A stretch of DNA of 64,000 nt, taken from a virus. Lineage: Duplodnaviria; Caudoviricetes. Below the pieces are notes generated by a model. It had not been told where the DNA came from, did no database searches, and saw only the letters and a list, made by a program, of their open reading frames with translations. How positions within the stretch are numbered: the stretch's first letter is position 1; each line of letters opens with the position of its first letter. Shown piece after piece: positions 1 through 6,962 of the stretch. The position numbers were made by a program, and so were the translations under genes. The stretch lies in IMG/VR virus record IMGVR_UViG_3300007754_000852. The stretch is one strand, 5' to 3'.

Positions 1-991
1 CACTTATCTCTTTTGGAATGTCAATTTTAACATGAGCATAATGATCTCCCGGACTCATGTCCCCCCTTATCATTCCCAATCCACATAGTGAAAATACATC
101 TTTTTCCCTTGTTCCTGCAGGTATGTTAAATGTAACATCACCGTGGAGTGTCTCTATTCTAATACTGTCTCCTAAAACTGCCTGACCATAAGATATCAAA
201 ACATTTCCATGAATGTCATTCATCTCTCTTTCAAACTTCTCATGGGGCATGACATCAACTCTCACTATCAAATCTCCAAAAATATTTGAAGCGGGATGGC
301 AATGTCCCATTTTTGAAATCCTTAGCATCTCTCCTGACATTATCCCCTTAGGAATTTTAATATTAATAGACTTACTCTCAGCAGTCCTTCCTGCACCACT
401 GCACATCGAACAATGTTTAATTACCTTTTTTCCACTTCCACCACAAGATGAACATGTCATTGAAATGTTTAAAAATGCAGCTTTATGATGAACCTTTCCA
501 GATCCCTTACAAGAGCCGCACTCTTGTAGATCATTAGAATTTTCAATTCCCTCGCCGAGACATCTACTACACTGAATGCCTCTCTCAAACATGATGTTTC
601 TTTCTGTTCCTGAAAATGCATCTCTTAAAGAGACGTTGATTCCTATGTGTAAATTTTCACCCTGTTGTGGTGGAGGTCGAGTTCCTTGTCTTTGCTGGTT
701 GAAGAAGTTGTTGTCAAACCCTCTGAATCCAGAAAAAAAACTTTCAAATATGTCGTTTGGATTACCAGAAAATGAAAAATTATGAAGACCTCCTGAATCG
801 TATTCGCTTCTTTTCTCTTTGTTCGAGAGAACCTCATATGCCTCAGTCGCTTCCTTGAACTTTTCTTCTGCGTCTTTGTCTTCCCTGTTTCTATCTGGAT
901 GATACTGTAATGCTAGCTTTCTATATGACTTCTTTATATCATCGACGCTTGCGTCTTTTTTTACACCTAGTATTTTATAGTAGTCTTTCAC
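1..991 (-). CDS. dnaJ: Full type I DnaJ chaperone (J-domain, G/F-rich region, Zn-finger repeats, C-terminal domain); 3' end runs off the window
   Basis: Not in the ORF track. Manual translation from GTG at 991: [35 protein letters not shown] (HPD motif), then four CxxCxGxG-type repeats ([32 protein letters not shown]) and GDLIVRV. The GTG overlaps the upstream TGA (GTGA). Confidence 0.95.
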   Translation of the reverse strand, partial: MKDYYKILGVKKDASVDDIKKSYRKLALQYHPDRNREDKDAEEKFKEATEAYEVLSNKEKRSEYDSGGLHNFSFSGNPNDIFESFFSGFRGFDNNFFNQQRQGTRPPPQQGENLHIGINVSLRDAFSGTERNIMFERGIQCSRCLGEGIENSNDLQECGSCKGSGKVHHKAAFLNISMTCSSCGGSGKKVIKHCSMCSGAGRTAESKSINIKIPKGIMSGEMLRISKMGHCHPASNIFGDLIVRVDVMPHEKFEREMNDIHGNVLISYGQAVLGDSIRIETLHGDVTFNIPAGTREKDVFSLCGLGMIRGDMSPGDHYAHVKIDIPKEIS

Positions 992-1161
992 GTCTTTTGT
1001 AGTTTCTTATCAGCTATAGCTATGTGTGCCTTACAATACTCATGATCACTGTTGCATGTGTTTGCTCGACAGGGTTTATCACTATAGTATCCACCGCAGC
1101 ACTTGCTAAAAAATGCTTTATTCCACAGCCTGACTCTTTCTTCCCTATTCAATTGTCCCAT
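988..1161 (-). CDS. Small Cys/His-rich hypothetical protein (57 aa)
   Basis: ATG at 1161 ([22 protein letters not shown]...). The stop overlaps the dnaJ start and the 5' end overlaps the upstream gene's end, giving tight operon packing. Confidence 0.55.
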   Translation of the reverse strand: MGQLNREERVRLWNKAFFSKCCGGYYSDKPCRANTCNSDHEYCKAHIAIADKKLQKT

Positions 1162-1585
1162 AGTACGGCTCAAAAATGAGCTCTCCTTTTTTGCTACACC
1201 TGAAAAGATAGTCGTCAAGCTCATCAAATGTCGTACAAACCTTGATTCCACTTTGAGATAACATCAGATTGAACGGCGCGCCTTCGGGTAGCCCAGCACA
1301 GAAATACACGATCGGAGTATCTGACTGATATGCTACTCCCGCCTCAAAGATGCTACCCATATCTTTATCTCTGGTGTTGCACAGCACAAAATCATTTCCC
1401 AGTATGTGTTCAACATTACCGTCAAACGTTTCACGTTGTGTATTAAGATCAGCAGTTGGCGGGCAGATGAAAAAATCCTTTGGAGAGAAATACTCAAATG
1501 AATGTTTTGTTAACAATTCCTTTATTGTTTCTACCTCCTCATATGCAGTGGGTGTAAACCATGAGCTAGCAATATACGCCTTCAT
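1145..1585 (-). CDS. Nucleoside 2-deoxyribosyltransferase / nucleotide N-glycosidase family protein
   Basis: KAYIASSWF N-terminus, YFSPKD, and DMGSIFEAGVAY with the family catalytic Glu. Confidence 0.85.
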   Translation of the reverse strand: MKAYIASSWFTPTAYEEVETIKELLTKHSFEYFSPKDFFICPPTADLNTQRETFDGNVEHILGNDFVLCNTRDKDMGSIFEAGVAYQSDTPIVYFCAGLPEGAPFNLMLSQSGIKVCTTFDELDDYLFRCSKKGELIFEPYYGTIE

Positions 1586-2571
1586 TATTCATTCTCCTTT
1601 ATAAGATTATATTCAGCTTCAAGAGCGCTGATCTCACTCAAGATCTCGCGCCATATCTGTCTAAATTTTGTGTTTCCAGCTGACTCCTCATCAGGTGGAT
1701 TCGTTCCATTGAGGTCAGATCTAAGAGCTTGATAGATCGTGTCGTTGGGGTGATACTCAACATGATCGTCGCTATCACTGTCAGGCCAGTACAGATTTGT
1801 TCCAGTTCCTGATCGAACATTCTTTACATAATGCCACGCCGGACTAGTTAGCGTTTTTGTTCCAATGACAGTGCTAGCCTCTGGTAACACCTTGATCACC
1901 TCTAACGCCATCTTCGCTGCGATCAGATTATCTGCAGCCGGCTGGATCTGCTTGTCAGCGCGCTGCTTGACAAAGCCTATGATATCCTTGAGGTTGAACC
2001 TACCATAATAGAATGTTGACAGGCACTTAGGAAGAACTGTTCTAGCGTCCATCATAGAGATCTGCTTCGTGTCAACCATGTCAGCGTAGAGCTGCTTTGC
2101 ATCCTCAACATGACGCTTCCACCGACGATACATCTCTGGACTATTCTCAACAGATGATGGAACCAGGCATGGCTCGTGGTGAAGAAATCTGTCACCTGTA
2201 CATTGAGCTGCGTACGATCCTGCCCTGTGCCTGATAAGATGTGTTACGGTTTGAAGGTCAATTCCTGCAAACTTAAACGTGAAGCTAAAGATCTCCATGG
2301 GCGTTGGTAATGCCCTGAAATTTAGCACATCTTCTAGGTTCTCGCTTAACTCATGTCTTGTAGCGCTGTCTGGATCTGACATCTCTGGGCTATCTGCCCA
2401 CGTCGCCTTGACATATCTCCACGCTGTATCTCTCATCTGCTCAGCGGTCGGGTGGTCAACAAGCTCAATTTGAAGAGCATCGAGATCATTTAAAAATTCT
2501 GTTGTTGGATCCTCATTGAATCTCAGGGACATCGGTAGGGTTACGGGGTCAAGATCTTTATTTTGCGGCAC
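1585..2571 (-). CDS. thyX: Divergent flavin-dependent thymidylate synthase (ThyX-like)
   Basis: FSFTFKFAGIDLQTVTHLIRHRAGSYAAQCTGDR (RHRxxS motif) and MDARTVLP. The downstream conserved Ser is replaced by Cys. Confidence 0.75.
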   Translation of the reverse strand: MPQNKDLDPVTLPMSLRFNEDPTTEFLNDLDALQIELVDHPTAEQMRDTAWRYVKATWADSPEMSDPDSATRHELSENLEDVLNFRALPTPMEIFSFTFKFAGIDLQTVTHLIRHRAGSYAAQCTGDRFLHHEPCLVPSSVENSPEMYRRWKRHVEDAKQLYADMVDTKQISMMDARTVLPKCLSTFYYGRFNLKDIIGFVKQRADKQIQPAADNLIAAKMALEVIKVLPEASTVIGTKTLTSPAWHYVKNVRSGTGTNLYWPDSDSDDHVEYHPNDTIYQALRSDLNGTNPPDEESAGNTKFRQIWREILSEISALEAEYNLIKENE

Positions 2572-2572
2572 T

Positions 2573-3544
2573 TCATCTTTCCTTTTTTGTTAAGCTGTGC
2601 ACTAGATCATATACCGAATTAACATCCGTGTACATGGTGACATCTGAAACTTTTTTAAGCTCCTGATTATATGACATCTCAGGTGATAAAACCTTAACGC
2701 CATGCTTAGCATACTCACTCGCATGCTTGGCTGAGTCATCTATCGCACACACAACACCGTCAGCATCGTAGAAATCCTTCTGAACAAGCCATCTAAACTT
2801 TTCTGGTGAAAAATCAAGGTGATGAAACTTTAATCCTGCGTGCTCAAGCCAGAAATATGTGTCATAGAGACAAAGAAGGTTATCGCTTGGCCTCGCTGTG
2901 ATGATCTGAATCCAGTACCCTTCGTCATGTAACCTGTTCAAGACATCTATCATCTCACGATTTCTTGTGATGTGACGTAGCTTTCTCTCCTCAATGAACT
3001 CCTGAAACACCGCCTCTGGAAGAAGACCCGCTGCCTTTACCTCCTTTGAGGAGTAATATTCTGTTGAGTCATCAGGAACGATCACACCCTTTCTTTCCTT
3101 TAGCCACTTTGTGAAATACCCTCTAAACTCATTTAACACATCGTCCATGTCAACGAGAAGGACAGGTTGACCATCCCACTTATTCTTTTCCATCCTGTGG
3201 CGGGCGTGTAAGTAAAGATCCTTGTCCCAAAATGCGCCAATGAAGTCAGAGGGTTCAAACTCCCACATGTTCATCATTGCAAGAAGATATCGAAATGCGT
3301 CGACTGACTTATAGAGGATCTTGACCTTGTCGATGTCATGCTTGACCAATCGATGATCTTTAAAATTAACAGATGTCGCAAGCCCTGTCGCCTCTGCGTG
3401 AATCGCAAGGGCAAATGACTTGGTCATCTCCTCCTTCTGTCGATCGCTCATCTCATTCTTGTCAAAAAACAGAGATGAAAACTCATCCTGTCGATTAAAC
3501 ATCTTAAGAAATGTCGTGCTATGCTTTGTGTCGTCACTGCTCAT
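2573..3544 (-). CDS. Fusion of a degenerate all-alpha NTP-pyrophosphatase (dUTPase/MazG-like) domain and a HAD 5'(3')-deoxyribonucleotidase domain
   Basis: C-half has LLVDMDDVLNEF (DxD), IITARP and AIDDS, the HAD motifs. N-half parallels the neighbouring dUTPase-like ORF but has KSVDAFRY where EELCDVLHY is expected. Confidence 0.7.
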   Translation of the reverse strand: MSSDDTKHSTTFLKMFNRQDEFSSLFFDKNEMSDRQKEEMTKSFALAIHAEATGLATSVNFKDHRLVKHDIDKVKILYKSVDAFRYLLAMMNMWEFEPSDFIGAFWDKDLYLHARHRMEKNKWDGQPVLLVDMDDVLNEFRGYFTKWLKERKGVIVPDDSTEYYSSKEVKAAGLLPEAVFQEFIEERKLRHITRNREMIDVLNRLHDEGYWIQIITARPSDNLLCLYDTYFWLEHAGLKFHHLDFSPEKFRWLVQKDFYDADGVVCAIDDSAKHASEYAKHGVKVLSPEMSYNQELKKVSDVTMYTDVNSVYDLVHSLTKKER

Positions 3545-3594
3545 AATTTATTGTCCAATTGATATTTTTTCAAACGCAAACATTGATTCAATAA

Positions 3595-3623
3595 ATTCTA
3601 CACAGTTAAGGTAATTTTTACAA
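3595..3623 (-). promoter_or_regulatory. Sigma70-like promoter (TTGTAA-17-TAGAAT, extended -10 TG)
   Basis: Minus strand TTGTAA AAATTACCTTAACTGTG TAGAAT, 50 bp upstream of the 3544 ATG. Confidence 0.55.
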
Positions 3624-3636
3624 CACTCTACGCGCT

Positions 3637-4002
3637 TTAATAGCCGCCGAGAATTCTCTTTACGTTTACCTCACCCTTTGACATGTATGTGTCAAAAAGC
3701 TCATCAGACGAGATACCTGAACAGATCACTATGCCAAAGAAATAGTGAAGCACATCACACAATTCCTCGACATAGGCCTCTCGATCAAACTCTGTCACCT
3801 CAGTCGCTCTGTGATACTTGCTATTTTTAAGAAGAATATTTGACTCAAACAGCTCACCCATACACTCATATGCTAGCATTCTAAGAAACTGCTGTGATTT
3901 CTTTTCTGTGATTTCAAGCGGAACATCTGGGTGAGATCTATGTTCTTGCATGAGAGATATAAACTCTTCTTGCTGTTCATACATCTTTTTTAGTCTATCC
4001 AT
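3637..4002 (-). CDS. All-alpha NTP pyrophosphatase (dimeric dUTPase / MazG-like)
   Basis: ECMGELFES...KYHR...YVEELCDVLHYFF acidic helix motifs. Confidence 0.8.
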   Translation of the reverse strand: MDRLKKMYEQQEEFISLMQEHRSHPDVPLEITEKKSQQFLRMLAYECMGELFESNILLKNSKYHRATEVTEFDREAYVEELCDVLHYFFGIVICSGISSDELFDTYMSKGEVNVKRILGGY

Positions 4003-4004
4003 TT

Positions 4005-4241
4005 TTACGTCATCTCAGATGGGTTATTAAGACTGCTGATGTCAGACATAAGCTTTTCAACATGCTCCTCGCCAAGAGATCTATACTCAGGTGTTAAAGT
4101 TAAAATAGACTCATCATCATCTGACGCTGTAACACGTATCATTCTAAGATTGTCAACGACGTCAGTTCCAGTTATGATTGCTAGCTGTACAAGTCTAGCT
4201 ACCTGTGCAACAACCTCATCAGAAAGTTTAAATTCAGACAT
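4005..4241 (-). CDS. Hypothetical protein
   Basis: 78-aa ORF with ATG and GGAG SD, packed 2 bp from the next gene. Confidence 0.7.
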   Translation of the reverse strand: MSEFKLSDEVVAQVARLVQLAIITGTDVVDNLRMIRVTASDDDESILTLTPEYRSLGEEHVEKLMSDISSLNNPSEMT

Positions 4242-4343
4242 TACTACTCCTAATCCATAAGCTTACATTGATATCATGATATTTTTAAGCTTCTATATAA
4301 AACTATCATCATAATATTGTATGTTATAGTAAAGGCATGTTCA

Positions 4344-5003
4344 ATGAAAAGAGTTATCATTTCAGACACTCACATCGGAAGTAATTTCTATAAATCTGAC
4401 ATCCTCTTAGAATTTCTAAAAAATGAGACATACGATCAGTTAATTCTTGCCGGTGATATCATTGACTTTTTAAAGATTCCCATGTTTACAGAAAGGTGCA
4501 TGGAGATTCTAAAGGTAATCAGTTGCAGCAGAGACATCATCTATATCGTTGGTAATCACGACGAGAGCTTTGTCAAGCTCGCAGGCAAGAATCTTCTTGG
4601 GATTAACTTTGTCAAAAAATACGAATTTTCTGAGGGTGGGAGGAAGTTTAGAATAGAGCATGGCGATGAGTATGACAAAGGTGTCATTCATAATAGGATC
4701 TTTGTCAAGCTTCTCTCTGTCATCCAAAACATACTAGAGATCGCATTTAGCTTTGATTTCACGTCATGGTGGACAGAGAAGCAGATCAAAAAGCACAAGC
4801 TACGAAGCGTGATCCACATTCTTAGGCACAATGACGACATTGACGTTTTTATCATGGGTCACACTCACAATCCTGAGGCGTTGATATGGATAAACGAGGA
4901 TCAAAACATTAAAACATATATCAACGCCGGTGATTGGGTCACACACCAGACATATGTTACAATTTGTGACGGTGTCGCACGATTACAAAAATTCAATAAA
5001 TAG
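4344..5003 (+). CDS. Calcineurin-like metallophosphoesterase, UDP-2,3-diacylglucosamine hydrolase (LpxH/YbbF)-like
   Basis: IISDTHIG, GDIID, VGNHD, EHGDEYD and GHTH motifs. Probable start is ATG 4344. One of only two plus-strand genes. Confidence 0.8.
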   Translation: MKRVIISDTHIGSNFYKSDILLEFLKNETYDQLILAGDIIDFLKIPMFTERCMEILKVISCSRDIIYIVGNHDESFVKLAGKNLLGINFVKKYEFSEGGRKFRIEHGDEYDKGVIHNRIFVKLLSVIQNILEIAFSFDFTSWWTEKQIKKHKLRSVIHILRHNDDIDVFIMGHTHNPEALIWINEDQNIKTYINAGDWVTHQTYVTICDGVARLQKFNK

Positions 5004-5415
5004 ATTTCAAAAAATTGTGATAATTTATCAATGCGCCATCTTTTGGTTTCACATCCTGCCACTCACCTAAGCAGAAGATTCGATATGCATCTACGGCATA
5101 CTTTCCGACTCCGTAGAGAACATCTGGACTATCCTTCCAGCTCTCATTGAGGTAACCAATAGACATCATCACCAAGGCCTTAGAACGTCTCTGGGACAGC
5201 CCTAACGGCTGTATCATCCTCTCTATCTCTACGGGATCTGTCGCTGCAGCTGTCTCAGGATCAGGATATCGCTCGAAAAACTTCCACATGTAAGGTTCAG
5301 AGTCAACTCGTCTAGTTAGGTTGCAGAAGATACAAGCGACAAATATCTTCCACGGGTCATGCCACAGTTGTTCCTGAATTAGATTATACGGTGACTTCGG
5401 CGGGGACCAGTACAT
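4993..5415 (-). CDS. MBD4-like HhH-GPD DNA glycosylase (G:T/G:U mismatch type)
   Basis: PPKSPYNLIQEQLWHDPWK..., and the HhH motif LYGVGKYAVDAYRIFC with catalytic Asp. Strongly recalls the MBD4 catalytic domain. Confidence 0.85.
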   Translation of the reverse strand: MYWSPPKSPYNLIQEQLWHDPWKIFVACIFCNLTRRVDSEPYMWKFFERYPDPETAAATDPVEIERMIQPLGLSQRRSKALVMMSIGYLNESWKDSPDVLYGVGKYAVDAYRIFCLGEWQDVKPKDGALINYHNFLKSIY

Positions 5416-5454
5416 GAGATGATTATAGCATGCAAGATAGGATTTTTACACATT

Positions 5455-6165
5455 CTATTCTTCTTCATCTGGCCTATTATTCCACCCTCTTATGTTCGCA
5501 AATATGTTCATTATGTCTGACTTTACATCATCGTCTGCATGTGTCCATTGCCATATGGCACTGCTCTTTATTTCTAATATCTTTTTCTCGAGAGCTGTTA
5601 TCTCATCCCTAAGAAATAAAATGAACTCATCATCATCAACTGTAAAGTCAACACCAAGATCACCAGCAGACTCTAAGAGATTTATATAGTTATCACTTTT
5701 ATATGACTCAGCAGCTTTTTTATAAATACCAATTAACTTTTCCTTAAGCGTCTTATCTAGCGACTGCGGCACCTTGTCAGGATGTGTCATTAGTGCTATT
5801 TTTCTAAATATTTTTTTTACCCACGGAGGTTTCTCCACGATGTCGTTTTCATAAAATTTATCAGCATCCGTGTGATTTATGTCATCTAGATCACCACTAT
5901 CATCAGACTGTGACACCTCTATGTCTCTATCGTCATTTAAAAACTCATTGCTGACCTCGTCGTCTTCTATACCCAGCTTGTCTTTTTTCTCAACAGCGCT
6001 ATTAAAGAATTCAATCTTTGCCTCATCATATATTTGCTGACACTCGTCAAGCTCAGCCTTGAGATATCGAATCTTAAGAGTTAGCTTATTAACTTTTGAG
6101 CTGTTATTCACCTTTGTCTTATCACAGGTCACGACGTCTAAACGCCGCAACAACATCTCTAACAA
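5455..6165 (-). CDS. J-domain-containing protein (true start may be GTG 6111)
   Basis: KKIFRKIALMTHPDKV J-domain helix II-HPD, flanked by coiled-coil segments. Confidence 0.75.
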   Translation of the reverse strand: MLEMLLRRLDVVTCDKTKVNNSSKVNKLTLKIRYLKAELDECQQIYDEAKIEFFNSAVEKKDKLGIEDDEVSNEFLNDDRDIEVSQSDDSGDLDDINHTDADKFYENDIVEKPPWVKKIFRKIALMTHPDKVPQSLDKTLKEKLIGIYKKAAESYKSDNYINLLESAGDLGVDFTVDDDEFILFLRDEITALEKKILEIKSSAIWQWTHADDDVKSDIMNIFANIRGWNNRPDEEE

Positions 6166-6355
6166 TAAGAAACGGCCATAACGCTGATAGCTTTACTCTA
6201 TCTTTATGGTAATCCTGCATCTTTTTAAAGATCATCTTAAACTCTTTTGATCGTGAAGCCTCACAAGCATGTCTAAATGACAAAAAAGAAGAAAGGTGTA
6301 GCAATAAATAAAATAAGAAAATTTTAAAATACGTTAAAAACATAGGTATCATCAT
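6122..6355 (-). CDS. Small hypothetical, possibly membrane protein
   Basis: Hydrophobic N-terminus. Fills the gap between two genes on the dominant strand. Confidence 0.4.
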   Translation of the reverse strand: MMIPMFLTYFKIFLFYLLLHLSSFLSFRHACEASRSKEFKMIFKKMQDYHKDRVKLSALWPFLIVRDVVAAFRRRDL

Positions 6356-6356
6356 C

Positions 6357-6866
6357 TTATAACTCCTCCTCTAAATAATCCTTAAACATCCTTATGTCTC
6401 TCACTCTTTCAGGTCTTTGATCTGGAGTTCGTCTCTTTTCTATATCCTCAAGAGCCTCCCCGCGCTTAACTCTTCCGTCTATTCTCTTAAGAGTTTCTAA
6501 ATCACCTTTCTTTTCATCTATGTGCTCGTCAATTGTCTGAATGTATATCTTAAAACCCTCTAACATCCCTTCTTTCCTTATGATTTTCATTCGTTCATTT
6601 ATGACATATTCATTAGAAAATTTATTTATCTGTATAAGTGCGGCGATAGCAATAGAGCACTTCTTGTCAATTGACTCCTGAGCATTTATCTCACCTTCAA
6701 GACTCTTTATAAACTCTGATATCTGTGAGCACGGTTTTTCAGCGCCAGGCAACAACTTTTTATCATTTTCTAAGTTTTTTTCTATCTTTTTAGAATTTTC
6801 ATCTAAGCTTGACCTGATGTTGATAAGAGCATCGATCTCTCCGTTAATTTTTAAAAAATCTGGCAT
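6357..6866 (-). CDS. Hypothetical coiled-coil protein
   Basis: 169-aa ORF with GGAG SD and an upstream TATTTATA motif. Confidence 0.75.
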   Translation of the reverse strand: MPDFLKINGEIDALINIRSSLDENSKKIEKNLENDKKLLPGAEKPCSQISEFIKSLEGEINAQESIDKKCSIAIAALIQINKFSNEYVINERMKIIRKEGMLEGFKIYIQTIDEHIDEKKGDLETLKRIDGRVKRGEALEDIEKRRTPDQRPERVRDIRMFKDYLEEEL

Positions 6867-6900
6867 ATGACTCCCGACATGTTAGACAATTATAAATAAA

Positions 6901-6929
6901 TCGACCCTGGGAATAAATCCCAGGGTCGA
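6901..6929 (-). terminator. Rho-independent terminator after the fibre gene
   Basis: Perfect 12-bp stem TCGACCCTGGGA-ATAAA-TCCCAGGGTCGA, followed on the minus strand by TTTATTT. Confidence 0.8.
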
Positions 6930-6962
6930 AGACTTTAGCAAAAAACTAAAATCAATTATATA

